Positions 41,126 through 55,853 of a stretch of DNA of 64,000 nt are shown here, in pieces. This stretch comes from Octopus sinensis (taxonomy: Eukaryota). A model generated the notes under the pieces. It did not search any database. It saw nothing but the letters and a program-made list of their open reading frames with translations, and had not been told where the DNA came from. The stretch's first letter is position 1. Every line of letters starts with the position of its first letter. Where the stretch lies: contig NC_043023.1 in assembly GCF_006345805.1 (NCBI RefSeq), positions 8,370,001-8,434,000 of the forward strand, in the 5' to 3' direction. Position numbers and translations under genes: made by a program.

Positions 41126-43625
41126 GAAAGCCCGACAAGAAGAGATCCAGTTTAGTTTTAAAGAAACCCACATCCACACCATGTAAGTGTCTTAGGCATT
41201 CAGGGAGGATGTTAAAGAGCTGTGGTCCTCTGAAACCCAAGCTGTTGCAGTATCTGGTCCTGTATTTTGATGGTGATGTTGGAATCTTTGGCACCATGCA
41301 GTGGCGCCCCGTTCTGCGGTTGGGGTAACTTTGAAAGCCAAAGTTTAGGACAAGACCCTCCAGGATTTTCCTGATGTATATCACCGCATATCTCTCCCGC
41401 CTCCACTCTAGGGAGAAGAGGTTTAATATTTTCAGTCTTTCCCAGTAGCTGATATTTTGCATTGAGACGATCTTCTTTGTAGCTTCTCTGAATTGCTTCG
41501 TGTTCTGCTGTTAGTTTTATATTGTGTGGTGACCATAGTTGGGAGCAGTAGTCCAAGCGGCTGAGGACGAATGCTTTCCAGAGGACCATCAGTGTCTCCT
41601 CTCTTCTTCTGAAAGTTCAGAGAATCCATCCAGCTAGCCGTCTGCATTTTATCACCAGATTAGTAATATGCACTTGGAAAGATGCATCATTGCTCATGTC
41701 AATGCCCAGGTCAGGCACTGATTTTGTCTCAGGGATTGCAATTCTTCCTGGGCCAGTGTATCCAGTCTGCACGTCGTTTACCTTTGTGTGCCAGTAGCGC
41801 AGGGTCTGGAACTTACCTGCATTAAACTGCATGTTGTTGTCCTCCGCCCACCTGTATATTTTATTCAACTCCTGTTGCAGATGCGCAATATTTTCAGGGT
41901 TTTGTATTGTGTGGGAGACTTTTGTGTCATCTGCATAGCTAGCAAGGGTGGCCATCGTAGCCACTGAAGGCATGTCTGAAAGGGCCACTATGAACAGCAG
42001 TGGCCCCAAGACAGTGCCCTGTGGAACACCGCTTGTTATTGGTGTTTCCTTGGAGGTGGCTCCATTGCTCACAACTGCCTGTCTTCTGTCTTTTAGGAAG
42101 TTGTGCAGCCACTCTCCAAGTTTTCCGCCTATGCCGGGACCACGTAGTTTGTGACAGATCATACCATGGTCGACTTTATCAAAAGCCTTTGCAAAGTCGA
42201 GATATATTACATCCACATTTGAGCCATTTAGTAGCTGTTTCAACACCCAGTCATAGTGTTGCAGGAGCTTTGTTAAGCAGCTTCTGCCTGGCCGAAATCC
42301 ATGCTGGGTGTCAGATAGCAAGTCATTTTCTTCAAGGAACATGATTAGTTTCTTGCGGACTATTCGTTCCATGACTTTGCTGATGTGTGAGGTCAGAGAG
42401 AAAGGCCTATAATTTTCAGCATCTGCTCTGCTATCTCCCTTATGGATAGGGCATACTACCCCCTCTTTCAATTTGACTGGGAGCTTACCACTTGCAAGGA
42501 AGCTCTGCAAAAGAAGCTGTAGCGGTTTTGCAAGGGCTCGTTTGCACGATTTGAGAAGGATCGCTGGAAATCCATCAGGTCCAGCAGCTGAGTTTGTGTC
42601 AATCTCATCTATGGCTAGTGTGATATCATCATCTTCAATGTTGATGTACTCAATTTTTGCCTCTTTGGCCGCAGGTAAAGTGGCAAAGAATTCTTCTGGG
42701 TTGTTTACTTGCCTGTGTCCTAGAGATGTAGTGAACACACTTTGGAAATGTTCGTTAAGTATTTCACTTATCCTCGTGGGGTTTCCTGTGAGAGAGCCAT
42801 CTTTTTGGAAGAGAGGTCCTATTCTCTGGTGCACTGTGGCTGTCTCTTTGGCAAACTTAAAGAAAGTTTTAGGGTTTGATTTTATATTTTCTATTACACA
42901 AACTTCTCTATCTGCTCTCTCCTATTCATGGGATTGATGCAGACTTTCTCAATTTCCATTAGCATTCTCTCGAGCCGAGACTTCTCACCACCTTTGGTGT
43001 GCTTGATCAGGCGGTTCGCAATCATTGTCCGTCGTCTCATAAGAATTCTCCTTTCTCTAGGGATCCTGTTTTTGTTTTTGTGTGCTGGCCCTGTACACTG
43101 GGACATATTTGTCACATATGGCTTGTATTATGGACATGAAGTGTTCGTGCTTCATGTTAATGTCCGGTGTGGAGAGACATTTAGGCCAATCCTGTTTGAG
43201 GATCTCTTTCGCAATCAACTTCCAGTTTGCTTTATGAAAGTTTAAGTTGGAGAGATGGTGGATGCTTCGTATAGGCTGTGTGGCTACGGGGGCTTTTGGT
43301 CCATACATAGACAGCTCTATTATGTTGTGATCCGAGATCATTGTCGGCATCACTTTAACATTATGGATAATATACATATTGTTTGTGAAGCAGAGATCCA
43401 GTATATTATCTGCCCTTGTTGGTTGCAGAGCTATTTGCTCCATGAAAGAGGCATTTGTGAGATGGAGCAGGGACTCAGCATGTGCCTGCTGATGGTGTGT
43501 CATCTCTGAGAGCATCTGGCCCCCAGGCCATTCCACATTGGGGAAGTTAATGTCACCCATGAAGTGTTGTTCAAGGTTTGTGAGGACTTCTTCTATTTTT
43601 GTTAGGCAGTCTTCAAACATGCCTG
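41126..43625 (-). mobile_element. CR1-clade LINE (partial endonuclease plus RT), truncated at both ends
   Basis: GDINFP, NILDLCFTN, SDHN; AAGPDGF, NYRPFSLTS, QHGFRPGRSC, YLDFAKAFDKVDH, GVPQGTVLGPLLF, YADDTK, SYWERLKILNL. Confidence 0.95.
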
Positions 43626-43776
43626 GGTGATATATATATTTTTGAGCTCATTTTTGTTTATCGCTCGAAAATTCACAGTTATTTGTAAAGGACCAAGCAA
43701 ACAAGTCAATTTTCAAAGGTGTAGCGTTTATACTAGTCTGGATAGAATTGACATATCGGTTCTATTCTAGCAAAAA

Positions 43777-43814
43777 CTGTCCGATGAACGGCAACGTGAA
43801 ACTCAGAGTAACAG
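43777..43814 (+). ncRNA. Type I hammerhead ribozyme-like motif (U4C variant)
   Basis: ctgt-CCGATGA-acg(gcaa)cgt-GAA-actc(a)gagt-A-acag: stems I, II (GNRA loop) and III all pair; GUA cleavage triplet. Confidence 0.65.
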
Positions 43815-44307
43815 GTTTTGTTGAATTTTCTGCTGCTTTAAATAAAGCATATTACTCTACCACTGGTATTTGAGTACTCTTTTTTCCACCTTGTTTCACA
43901 TTTATGTGTTTACTCCGGTATATATATATATATATACATACATACAACGCCCCCCATCCCATGGACGGTGCTGAGGTGTCAAACATTTAAACCAAAGTGT
44001 TTCAAAAAACTTGTCCGACCGTCCCATAGGCCTCCCCTTTGAGAAACACTGATTTAACCCAAATTTCAGACACCAGCAAAAGAAGAAATAAAGATAGACT
44101 TTTTTCTATTCCAAGAAAAACGATTTTTGCAAATGCACGTTCCCACGGCTTTATCGATCGCATACACACCTGAAATCGATTTTTGTAATTTTTTCAAAAC
44201 TTATGCATGCCCTGATAGTAGAAAATAGAAATAAACAGTTTTTGACTGATATTTCTAATTTTTCGGTATGTGGCTAAGCAACCTGTTGCCTGACCCTTTA
44301 TATATAC

Positions 44308-44442
<135 letters not shown>

Positions 44443-44520
44443 AGAGCAATATTAAATCTGTGAGTGAGACGTAAACAGTAGTAGCACGGAATCGTAAAGT
44501 ATATTTACCACGTAACGTAT

Positions 44521-44850
44521 CAGTCCCATAGGGAAGGATGCTTCTTCTTTTTATAGCCTCAGGAGGACATCTCCACTTGGCTAATGACACACTGTCTGTG
44601 TCTGATTAGTATTTGCGAAAGGAAAAAACATTGCCATCTCTAGCCTTACGTGATACACACACACCCAGGTTTCGATAACGAGTTACTACCCAGAAATCAG
44701 GGCCTGTGTTTATTACGTAAAACCAGAGACGGGAACCATGATATTAGTTCGCAAATACAAGTAAGGCACAAGTGGTGTGTCGTTTTGGCAGCGAGCGCAG
44801 ATGTCATCCCGAGGCAATAAACAACAGTAGCATTATTCCCTATGGGACCG
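44521..44850. mobile_element. MITE of about 330 bp with 22-bp imperfect TIRs (partial copies 26715-27010, 29975-30275, 30310-30615)
   Basis: CAGTCCCATAGGGAAGGATGCT ... AGCATTATTCCCTATGGGACCG. Confidence 0.75.
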
Positions 44851-45270
44851 ACATATCTATATATATCCTTCACAATATATATATGTATATTTCACTTCAT
44901 ATTTTTCTTGTAATCTCCGTTTCAAATCCTATTTTTTGTACTTCTTTTATTTCATTGTCGTCATAAGCATCATGGCCATGAACGCGACCATTAACGTGCT
45001 TAACACCACGCTCCTTATCATCTCATCATCATCATCATAAACGACATCATCATTAGCATCATCTTCACCATCAGTCAAATGCGTCACAAGTCATCATTAT
45101 CAATATCATCATAACCTTGACTTCTCATTATCTTCATTTTCATCAAATTTTTGCACTTCTACTTCCTTTTCTTCTACATCTACATCCAGTTGATTAGACA
45201 TATGCGTATTTAAAGTTTCGTGACTAATCATTTTTATACCATTTCTCACCAATTCTCTTCCAACTTACAG

Positions 45271-45342
45271 AATTCTAGCCAATAATGAAATCGCGATTAT
45301 TGAACATGGATCGTTCGAAGGTCTCATCAATTTAAAAAAGTT
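45271..45342 (+). CDS. LRR exon 5 (72 nt, phase 2-2)
   Basis: ttacag|AATTCTAGCC...AAAAGTT|gtaagt; ILANNEIAIIEHGSFEGLINLKK(L). Confidence 0.9.
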
Positions 45343-45450
45343 GTAAGTTTGATCTTCCTGATATTATTAATCTAATTGTATATTTCTACATATAATGTCT
45401 TCCCTTCTATCTTCGCTCTCTCTTTCATCCTCTCTATCAGACTTTCACTT

Positions 45451-45488
<38 letters not shown>

Positions 45489-46237
45489 TGGGTGTGTGCG
45501 CGCGCGCGCGCGGGGGTGTGAAAATAATTAAGAATATGAGTGTTTGTGATGTGATTTATATAAATTAATGTGAACAACGTAACAATTAACGATTAAAGAC
45601 AAAATTCCCCAATACGGGGAAAAGCTATGTAGGACAACGAGGGGAATTCAGAGATTCAGATCTAACTATATTCCACAATTAGGCACCAGTAATAAGAAGT
45701 AGAATACACATCCAGGTGCATTCCTCCTGTATGATAAGTAAATTGAAATATCCTATGGCAGAATTCGGAAAAATTCAACATTTTGACAACAAACGATACA
45801 TATAGAGACAGTTGCGTTTATTAGATTTCGCAGTATAAAGCCTACAATTGTTTCTATAATATTCACATAGATAACACCTTCAGTATACAGATGTAGCGGG
45901 AGCAACACTTAAGGTTGGTAAAATTGATGCAAACACAAAGATACAATGCTTATATACACATACATATATCTATACATAAATAAAAATATGATGAATCTGA
46001 ATTGTAAACTGAATTTTGTTGCATTCAATAACATTTTTGTAATTGCAGACAGAGAGGCAGATTTAAACATGCAGACTCTTTCTCACTCTCTCTCTCTCAC
46101 ACACACGCACGCACACACACACAACCACAAAACAGTTTGTAGTCATACACATGCTCACATACATATATATGTAAATATACATGTGTCACAAACATATATA
46201 TATATAGACGTATATATATATGTATATATATGTATAC

Positions 46238-46366
<129 letters not shown>

Positions 46367-46737
46367 CATATATATATATATACAAGGCCACCTCATCCCA
46401 TGGACGGTGCTGAGGTGTCAAAAATTAAAACCAAAGGGTTTCAAAAAACTTGTCCGACCGTCCCATAGTTCTCCCCTTTGAGAAACACTGATTTAACCCA
46501 AATTTCAGACACCAGCAAAAGAAGAAATAAAGATAGACTTTTTTCTATTCCAAGAAAAACGATTCTTGCAAATGCACGTTCCCACGGCTTTATCGATCGC
46601 ATACACACCTGAAATCGATTTTTGTAATTTTTTCAAAACTTATGCATGCCCTGATAGCAGAAAATAGAAATAAACAGTTTTTGACTGATATTTCTAATTT
46701 TTCGGTATGTGGCTAAGCAACCTGTTGCCTGCCCCTT

Positions 46738-46819
<82 letters not shown>

Positions 46820-47199
46820 CAATATTAAATCTGTGAGTGAGACGTAAACAGTAGTAGCACGGAATCGTACTTCTATAATTTCATTGTTGTCAAAAGCATC
46901 ATGGCCATGAACGCGACCATGAACGTGCTCAACACCACACGCCTTATCATCTCATCATCATCATCATAAACGACATCATTATTAGCATCATCGTCACCAT
47001 CAGTAAACTTCGTCACAACTCATGATTATCAATATCATTCTAACCTTCACTCCTCATTATCTTCATTTTCATCAAATTTTTGCACATCTACTTCCTTTTC
47101 TTCTACATCTACATCCAGTTGATTAGACATATGCGTATTTAAAATTGTGTGACTAATCATTTTTATACCATTTCTCACCAATTCTCTTCCAACTTACAG

Positions 47200-47271
47200 A
47201 AATCTAGCCAATAATAAAATCGCGATTATTGAACATGGATCGTTCGACGGTCTCACCAATGTAGAAAAGTT
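47200..47271 (+). CDS. LRR exon 6 (72 nt, phase 2-2)
   Basis: ttacag|AAATCTAGCC...AAAAGTT|gtaagt; NLANNKIAIIEHGSFDGLTNVEK(L). Confidence 0.9.
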
Positions 47272-47390
47272 GTAAGTTTGATCTTCCTGATATTATTAAT
47301 CTAATTGTATGTTTCTACATATAATGTCTTCCCTTCTATCTTCGCTCTCTCTTTCATCCTCTCTAACAGATGTTCACTTTGTCTATGTGT

Positions 47391-47431
<41 letters not shown>

Positions 47432-48401
47432 CATGCGCGGGTATGAAAATGATTAAGGATATGAATGTTTGTGGTTTACGTTTGTGATGTGATTTATATA
47501 AATTTATGTGAACAACGTAACAATTAACAATTAAAGACAAAATTCCCCAATACGGGGAAAACCCATGTAGGACGACCAAGGGAATCCAGAGATTCAGATC
47601 TAACAATATTCCACAATTAGGCACCAGTAATAAGAAGTAGAATACACATCCAGGTGCATTCCTCCTGTATGATAAGTAAATTGAAATATCCTATGGCAGA
47701 ATTCGGAAAAATTCAACATTTTGACAACAAACGATAAATATAGAGACAGTTGCGTTTATTAGATTTCGCAGTATAAAGCCTACAATTGTTTCTAGAATAT
47801 TCACATAGATAACACCTTCAGTATACAGATGTAGCGGGATCAACACTTAAGGTTGGTAACATAGATGCAAACATAAATATACAATGCTTATATACACATA
47901 CACATATCTATACATAAATAAAAAATATGACGAATCTGAATTGTAAACTGAATTTCGTTGCACTCAATAACATTTTTGTAATTGCAGACAGAGAGGCAGA
48001 TTTACAGATGCAGACTCACGCACACACACACACACGCACACACACATACACACACAAACACGAGCACACATACTCAACCACAAAACAATTTGTAGTCATA
48101 CACATGCTCACATACTTATATATGTAAATATACATGTGTTACAAACATATATATATATTATATATACACACGCAAATATATATACACGTGTTCACAGACA
48201 TATAAAGAAACATGAATATATATATAGACAATAATATATTATTATTTTTATAATTTGTATTCTTATCTTATATGTATTGAATTATAAGATATATATGTAT
48301 GCTATTAAGGTTCTCATTTTGTTAAATGAATATATAATCCAACATTCTAATATATGAAAGTTGATTAACAAACTAAATTTGTTTCTCAATTTTCTTATTT
48401 G

Positions 48402-48466
<65 letters not shown>

Positions 48467-48825
48467 ACAAGATAAAGGCAAAATAAAAATTCTAATGTCA
48501 AATATGCCGTAAAAAAGACAAAAAGACAAAAATTTATCGCTTAAGAGGGGAAAATTCTTATGAATTAACCCCGAAATTGGGACCAATACGGTAATAACGG
48601 ATTTTTTAGAAATTTCTGTCGGTTTGTTTCGAGACGCATAAATTATAATGGTTATTGACAATTTTTGTCTTTTTTTCGGCATATTTGGCATTACAAAATA
48701 TTTCTTTTGCCCTTATCTTGTAAATTATTTATAAATTTAACCTTTAAAGGTAATTCTTGATATGCTGGCCATTGATAAAAAATTTTTTTCCGAAAAAATG
48801 TTTATCCTACATTAGATATATATAT

Positions 48826-49330
48826 ACATGGGGTACCTAAAAGTAACCGAAATTATCTCTGTTGGGCAAGCCAGTTGTAGTTCAGGCTTCCTCTGCTAGA
48901 AGCCACTATCAGACATCAGTATGCCGACCGGCATTGTCATTTAGAGTCGTACTGCCACGTGATGTATCGTTGTTTTGCAGTGCTTCTCCTCTGTTTATTG
49001 ATTTTTTGCGATGGATGAAACGAGGGAACAGCGTGCATCCGGGAAATTCTGATTTCTGCTGGGGAAAACGGCGGCCGAAACTATTGTCATATTTGACACA
49101 ACTGACAAGGACGTTACCAGGAGCAAAGCACAAGTTTACAAGTTGTTTCCACACTTCAGGAATGGTCACTTGTTGCTTGAACAACAACTTCGTTCAGGGC
49201 GACCAATGACTTCCCGAAAGAATGAAAACATCACAAAAGTTCATGAACTCATCTTGGAGGACCGTCATCGAACAATTGAGAAACTTGTTGATACCACTGT
49301 TATGTGTCATAGTGCTCCTGCCGACGGATT
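48826..49330 (+). mobile_element. Mariner/Tc1 transposon 5' fragment (decayed transposase N-terminus)
   Basis: MDETREQRA..F.FLLGKTAAET...VYK.F..FRNG....LRSGRP.TS...NITKVHELILEDRHRTI. Confidence 0.85.
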
Positions 49331-49720
49331 GTTTTGTGCGAGGAATTGCAATTGAAAAGAGTTGCAGTGAGAGACACACAAGGAGACACAGATAGAGAGA
49401 GAAAGAGAGTTTCACACAGAAACATAGAGGAAGACACATTGTGTGTGTGTGTCTGTATGTGTATGCGTTTTCTTTTACCCCATCAGCACATTGATGGGGT
49501 GAGCGAAACACAAAAGTGTGTGACACAGAGAGAGATTGAGAGAGAGAGAGAGAGAGAGAAAAAGAGAGAGAAAATAGCACAGACAGACAGATACAGAGAG
49601 AAAAAGACAGTGTGCGTGTGTGTGTGCGTGTGCACACACACACGCACACATACTGTCTCTAAACGGATACCCTGTATTTGCGAAAAAAGAAATTTAGAAA
49701 TTTATCTTTGATTCTTTCAG

Positions 49721-49789
49721 AAATTTGAGCTACAACCGTTTACAAAAATTTGATGGCGCTTTCTCGTACCTTTCCAGCATATATGAGAT
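49721..49789 (+). CDS. LRR exon 7 (69 nt, phase 2-2)
   Basis: ctttcag|AAATTTGAGC...ATGAGAT|gtatgt; NLSYNRLQKFDGAFSYLSSIYE(I), a 23-aa LRR. Confidence 0.85.
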
Positions 49790-51037
49790 GTATGTACAAT
49801 AATACTCTTTATTTCTTGGAAATGTTTAACATTTTGTAAATCTAATAGCATAAAAAAAGATAATCAAATTCACAATTATTTAATGCAGTTGACAATAAAT
49901 AATGATGTGTTGGTTTACATTTTAATAAGTCAAAATTATTATTTCCGAGTATTGTGTTCAGTCATTGTAAAGTCTGCTTTCAATTGCATTACGGTTGGTT
50001 TGATCTAACTTAATCCATATAAATAAATACACGTAACGTTAGTGGCCATGTATTTACAGCCTTCACTAGATACGTCCCATTTGACTCTCATTTACGCCTT
50101 CTCCAGTTCCGTTTTAATTTCTATAGTTAGTACGCTGTGAGATTCTAGTACACCTAGGTACTGATAACTCTCGCATTGTTTCAGTGATTTTAAAGTCTGG
50201 TCATCTAGTAATTGGAGACTTTATTGCTGACCACTTGTCCAGTTTTATGACTAATACTGCACCCTTATCCATGAAAAATCCTATATCTATAAACTTGCTG
50301 AAGTGTTTTACAGTTTGTTTTAAAGAATATCTTTTTTTTATTCTTGCTAAAATGGTTCAGATCATCCATGAAGAGCAACTGTTAATTTTTCCTTTACTGT
50401 CTCTAAACTCATACCCTGTATTTGCGAAAAATATATCACTATTAATTTTTCCCCATGTTTATTATGAGTATTCCTTCACAGCCGTATGCCTCAGAAACTG
50501 AAAGTGCAAATCGTTGCTTTTATAGTTTCTACCGCAGTTCATGCATTCCTTTAAGACCAATTGTTACGTAGAATAAAACAACTATCCTAGCACCAAAATA
50601 TTCCGTCTAAACTGCTCTTCTGAAAGACACTTTGAAATCACTACCATCAAATTTTCGACACTAAAATACGCCTAATCTAGGATATAATGAAGTAATTTCA
50701 AGTGACTATGAATTTTCTTCTTATTTAAAGTGACACTTTTTTTTATTCAAGCTGTATGCTATTAGAATGTAGCGATGTAACAATTTTTCAGTTTTCACGA
50801 GAAGCATTTCACTTTTTGTTGTTATTAACACATGGAAAGAAAGAACATGAATGTCGTGACTCCTATACACTTGCTGAAATTATATTAATCCTCATTTCTT
50901 GTCAACTGCTGCAGGAGTTTTTCTCTTGTCTGAAGAGTATTCAGATAAAGTTCTGAATGACGGGTAGTCATGATAGGTATCCTGGGCTTCATATAATTTA
51001 CCCCAGTGCTACTGTGATGGCATGCACTGCTCTCTCA

Positions 51038-51102
<65 letters not shown>

Positions 51103-51103
<1 letters not shown>

Positions 51104-54100
51104 GGGGACGTTTAAGAGAGAACACCGGGGACGTTTAAGAGAGAACACCGGGGACGTTTAAGAGGAGAACACCGGGGACGTTTAAGATGTAAGAAGGAAA
51201 ATACAGAGCTCCGAAATCTATCCACAAACATCGAAAACAAGGACATCCTATGGAGCCAAAGATTTACTAACAAAGAATTGGACTGTATCCGTGTAAGTAA
51301 TACTAATTGAAATTTATTACTATTTTCGAAACGAAATGATGTATTTTGACTCGATATTATCTCCACCTCTAACACAACACATGTAAACATGCGTGGAACA
51401 TCACGATCATCCCCGACCTCAAACACCATGTACAAAGGAACTACGAAGAAATTAAATGCCACCGATACTATTCAACCCAAGAATAACAATCGAGCGGTAC
51501 GTATATTAAACTTACAACAAAAAATGTACGAAAAACTACACGTGCGAAATAATGTGACTACAGAAATAAACGGACCGGTACCCTACGAAAATGACGATCG
51601 TCAAAATAATGGGCCGGACGTTGTACCTCATGTCCTGCAAATAAAACCCAAAAGACGTAAATGGACACGTGAGGAATACATTTCTATCTTACACGTATAC
51701 TTCACAGCAGTACTCTACCCAAAAAATGAAAATACAACAACACATACATATAAAATATGGAAGGAAAATAATAGAGATATAGACTTGGATACAGCAATGA
51801 ACCCTAATAAATTAGCTAACGTACGAAGATACATTCTCAACACAAAATAAATATCAGAAATAGAAATAGAACACCTAAAAGAAAACATACACCAGGAAAA
51901 TGTAGATAGAAGCCATACAACAATGCCCAATAATATAAACACTGAAACTGTAAAACACGAAGACAAACGCAACATTCCCAACAAACACGATGTAAACAAC
52001 GAAGGGGAGCCTAATGATTATGATAATATAAAAAATAAAATAATCTTAGAACTGAAAATCACAGAGCCCAAAATGGACCACCGACCATACCTCCCAAGAA
52101 TAAAAATAAACGAAATAACAACACCAATTATAAACAGCATAAACCTAGCCGTCACTGAACTAGCCACCGAAACAAAAAAAAGTGATATCACTGAACTAAA
52201 TGACTTGATATACGCAGCAGCCACTGCAGCCACAAAAGAAGCTGGATACTCACCCAAACCCGCCCAAACAGGAGTACCACCACCCAAAAAAACCCTGTGG
52301 ATAAATAACATCCAAAACAAACAAAAAAAAATTAGAAAAGACCTGTCGATTCTTAATGAAATCAGCAAACAATCAACGCTACTGAGCAACAAAAAGAGAA
52401 CAAAAATGCTCCGCAAATATAACATCACAGAAAAAGATTTGCCGGAGATAAAAGAAAAGCTGAAGCAAGATATCCTTGCCAAAGCTCAAAGGATCCGCCG
52501 GTACGAGAAACGCCAACGCTTCTTTGAACAGAACAAAAAGTTCAACACCAACCCCAAAAAGTTCTACCAAGATCTGGGAAAAAATAAAATAGAAGTCACT
52601 GCAGCACCAACGGCAGAAGAATTGAAAGAATTCTGGAGAGAAATATGGTCGGCGAACGAACAGCCAAAAAAAAGGAGTATCAAAATAACAAACTCGGCAT
52701 CTGAACAACTTTGGACCCCCATAACAACTGAAGAGGTCACCCAGGCACTGCAAAAACTAAGCAACTGGAAGGCACCTGGGCATGACAAGATCCCCAACTT
52801 CTGGTTGAAATATCTAATAGGAATGCACAAAAAGCTGGCTGAAAACTTTAACAGCATACTAGCAGAGCCAGAGACAATGCCTGAATGGCTCACGAAGGGG
52901 AAAATCATCTTAATTCCCAAATCAAATGAAACAGAAAAACCAGAAAACTACAGACCAATAACCTGCCTCCCTACTATGTTTAAGGCATTTACTGCAGTGA
53001 TATCGCAAAGGCTGAACAAACACCTGGACGAAAACAAACTGTTTCCAGAAGAGCAGAAAGGATGCCGCAAAGGCTCATATGGCTGTAAAGATCAACTAAT
53101 GATTAATAAAGCCGTAACTGAAGACAGCCACAGAAAGAAGAAAGGCCTCAGTATGGCCTGGATTGACTACAAAAAGGCGTTTGATAGCATCCCCCACACA
53201 TGGATCCTTGAAACACTAGCCATTAACAAAGTAGCACCAACAATCATAAAATTCATAGAGCACTCTATGAATAAATGTCAAACAGTCCTACACCTCCAAA
53301 CAAAAGAAGGACTCATGAAAACCAAAGACATCCCCATCAGAAGAGGAATATTCCAGGGAGACACGCTCTCTCCACTCCTTTTCTGCTTGGCACTGTCACC
53401 TCTATCTGATATGCTAAATAGAACTGGATGCGGATATAAATGTTACGGCAAAACGATCAGCCACCTTTTATATATGGATGACCTAAAACTATACGCTGCA
53501 AATGACAAACAGCTGGAAACACTATTAAAGACAGTTCATGGAAATAGATATGAAATTTGGATTAGAAAAATGCGCCAAAGTAACCATGAAAAGAGGAAAA
53601 CTAGTTAAGAGTAACAACATCACACTAGATAAAACCAATGTAATAAAAGAATTAGACCAAAGCCAAACTTACAAATACTTAGGAATCCATGAACTAGATA
53701 AGACACAACACACACAAATGAAAGAGAAAATAAAAAAAGAATATTATAGACGAGTTAGATCAATACTAAAAACAGAGCTCAATGCTAAAAACAAGATAAT
53801 AGGTATCAACACTTTAGCTGTCCCAGTTATAAGTTACAGCTACAATATCCTTAACTGGACACGAAATGAACTGTTCAAAATAGATAGGAAAACAAGAAAA
53901 ATACTGACAGGATCTAGGATGCATCACCCAAAATCTGACATAGAAAGACTATATATACAACGTATAGAAGGTGGTAGAGGCCTTATACAGCTGGAAAACT
54001 ACTATAAAATAACCACCATAGGACTGCAAAAATACCTACTTCAGAAGGAAGGAAAACTGATCCAGATAGCAGCAAAACACGAGCAAAACAAAAAACTGTT

Positions 54101-55010
54101 CTCAGTATTTAAGGAAGCTGACAAATACAAACAAGAAATCATACCACCTAATAAACACGAAGAAGAAGAAGAAGATGATGAAGAAACAACAAAAGCTATA
54201 AAACAAATGAAATCCAAACTAAAAATAGAACAGCAACGAACCATGATAAAACGATGGCAAGAAAAGCCCCTTCATGGTAAATACTGCACTAAACTAAACG
54301 CAAAAGAAATAGACATAGAAAAATCCCAGCAATGGTTGAGAAGCTCAGGACTCAAAGCAGAAACAGAGGGATTTTTAATTGCAGCACAAGACCAAAGCCT
54401 CCCCACCAGAAATTACCAAAAACATGTAATGAAAAGAAATATTACAAGTAACTGCAGAATATGTGGAGATGGACAAGAAACAATAAATCATATTATCTCT
54501 AGCTGGTATAGGCACACACCAGAAAAGGTCACAGAAAACGAGAAAGCAACCATACTCTGGGATATGCCGATACACACAGATAGAGAAATTAAAGCCAACA
54601 GACCAGATATAGTTGTCAGAGATCATGAAGAAAAAAATGCTTTCTAATTGATGTATCAATACCGGCAGATGACAACGTGTCTCTAAAAGAAATGGAGAAA
54701 CTCTCAAAATACAAAGACCTGGAAATAGAGGTAACTAGAATGTGGAATCTGAAAACGGAAACAATTCCTATCATAGTAGGTGCATTAGGCATGATAAAAA
54801 AATATTCAGACAAATACATAACAAAAACACCAGGACTTACAAACACATATAACATACAGAAAATTGCACTACTAGGCACTGCACACATCCTACGCAGAAC
54901 ACTTTCCATACAATAACCATCAGAGCATCACAACAAATCACAGCACATACCCAAGGCACACAGAGCTGCGCTCGGTAGTGAAGTGAAAGCACGCTATAAA
55001 AATAAAACTA

Positions 55011-55013
<3 letters not shown>
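51103..55013 (+). mobile_element. Near full-length R4/Dong-clade (REL endonuclease) retrotransposon inserted in (TAA)n
   Basis: KRRKWTREE N-terminus; RT (WKAPGHDKIPNFW, NYRPITCL, WIDYKKAFDSIPH, GIFQGDTLSP, YMDDLK); CRICG..ETINHI, RPDIV, KYKDL; one stop, two frameshifts, small internal deletion; (AAT)n on both sides. Confidence 0.95.
51104..51187 (+). repeat. 23-bp tandem repeat (about 3.6 copies) at the R4 5' end
   Basis: GGGGACGTTTAAGAGAGAACACC x3 plus a partial copy. Confidence 0.9.
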
Positions 55014-55100
<87 letters not shown>

Positions 55101-55101
<1 letters not shown>

Positions 55102-55733
55102 GATTTGCCCCATGAAAAAAACTGGTGGGAACACAATCCACCTCCTGTGCTTGAAAATGACCACATCTCACTCCTCTGGAACTTCACCATTCAAACTGAC
55201 AGGAAGATAGATGCAAATAGGCCAGACATCATATTGAAAGACTTCAGACAAAGAACATGCCTCCTCATTGATATGACTGTCCCAATCGATATAAACGTAT
55301 CTGTCAAGACCTACCAAAAAGTGAGCAAATATAAAGATCTTGAAATAGAAATCAGCAAAATGTGGAAGCTGAAGACTAAAACAATACCTGTTGTCATAGG
55401 TGCCCTGGGAATGATAGCGAAAGGGACTGATTGCTACCTAACTCAGATACCAGGAAACCCCAAAATGGCAGAAATTCAAAAGATAGTGCTAATGGGAACT
55501 GCTCATATCCTACGCAAAATACTCTCTATGTAATCCCAAGGTTTAAAACAAACTTTTTTTTTTAATTTTAATTTTTTTTGTTTATTTTTTATATTTATGT
55601 ATTAGACATTCACTAGTACAACACCCCCCCCCCCCAAATATATGGCACAGAACTTCTAACCTGTTGTCTCTTGAGGTCTCTGGGTGAGACTTGGAGCCAA
55701 CTTGTACAGACATAAAGCAAAAGTCAAACATAG
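55101..55733 (+). mobile_element. Second, 5'-truncated R4/Dong copy (different subfamily) in the same (TAA)n
   Basis: LLWNFTIQTDRKIDANRPDII..LIDMTVP..KYKDLEIEISKMW; followed by (AAT/GAT)n to 55826. Confidence 0.92.
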
Positions 55734-55752
55734 AATAATAATAATAATGATA

Positions 55753-55801
<49 letters not shown>

Positions 55802-55853
55802 TGATAATAATAATAACAATAATAACTTTAAAAAGTTGTCTTTATAATTACAG

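Noticed and set aside
50184-50960. Possible further exons or signal peptide between exon 7 and the LRRCT exon
   Set aside because: Tested AG acceptors give early stops in the required phase; VIGDFIADH looks like a LINE endonuclease remnant
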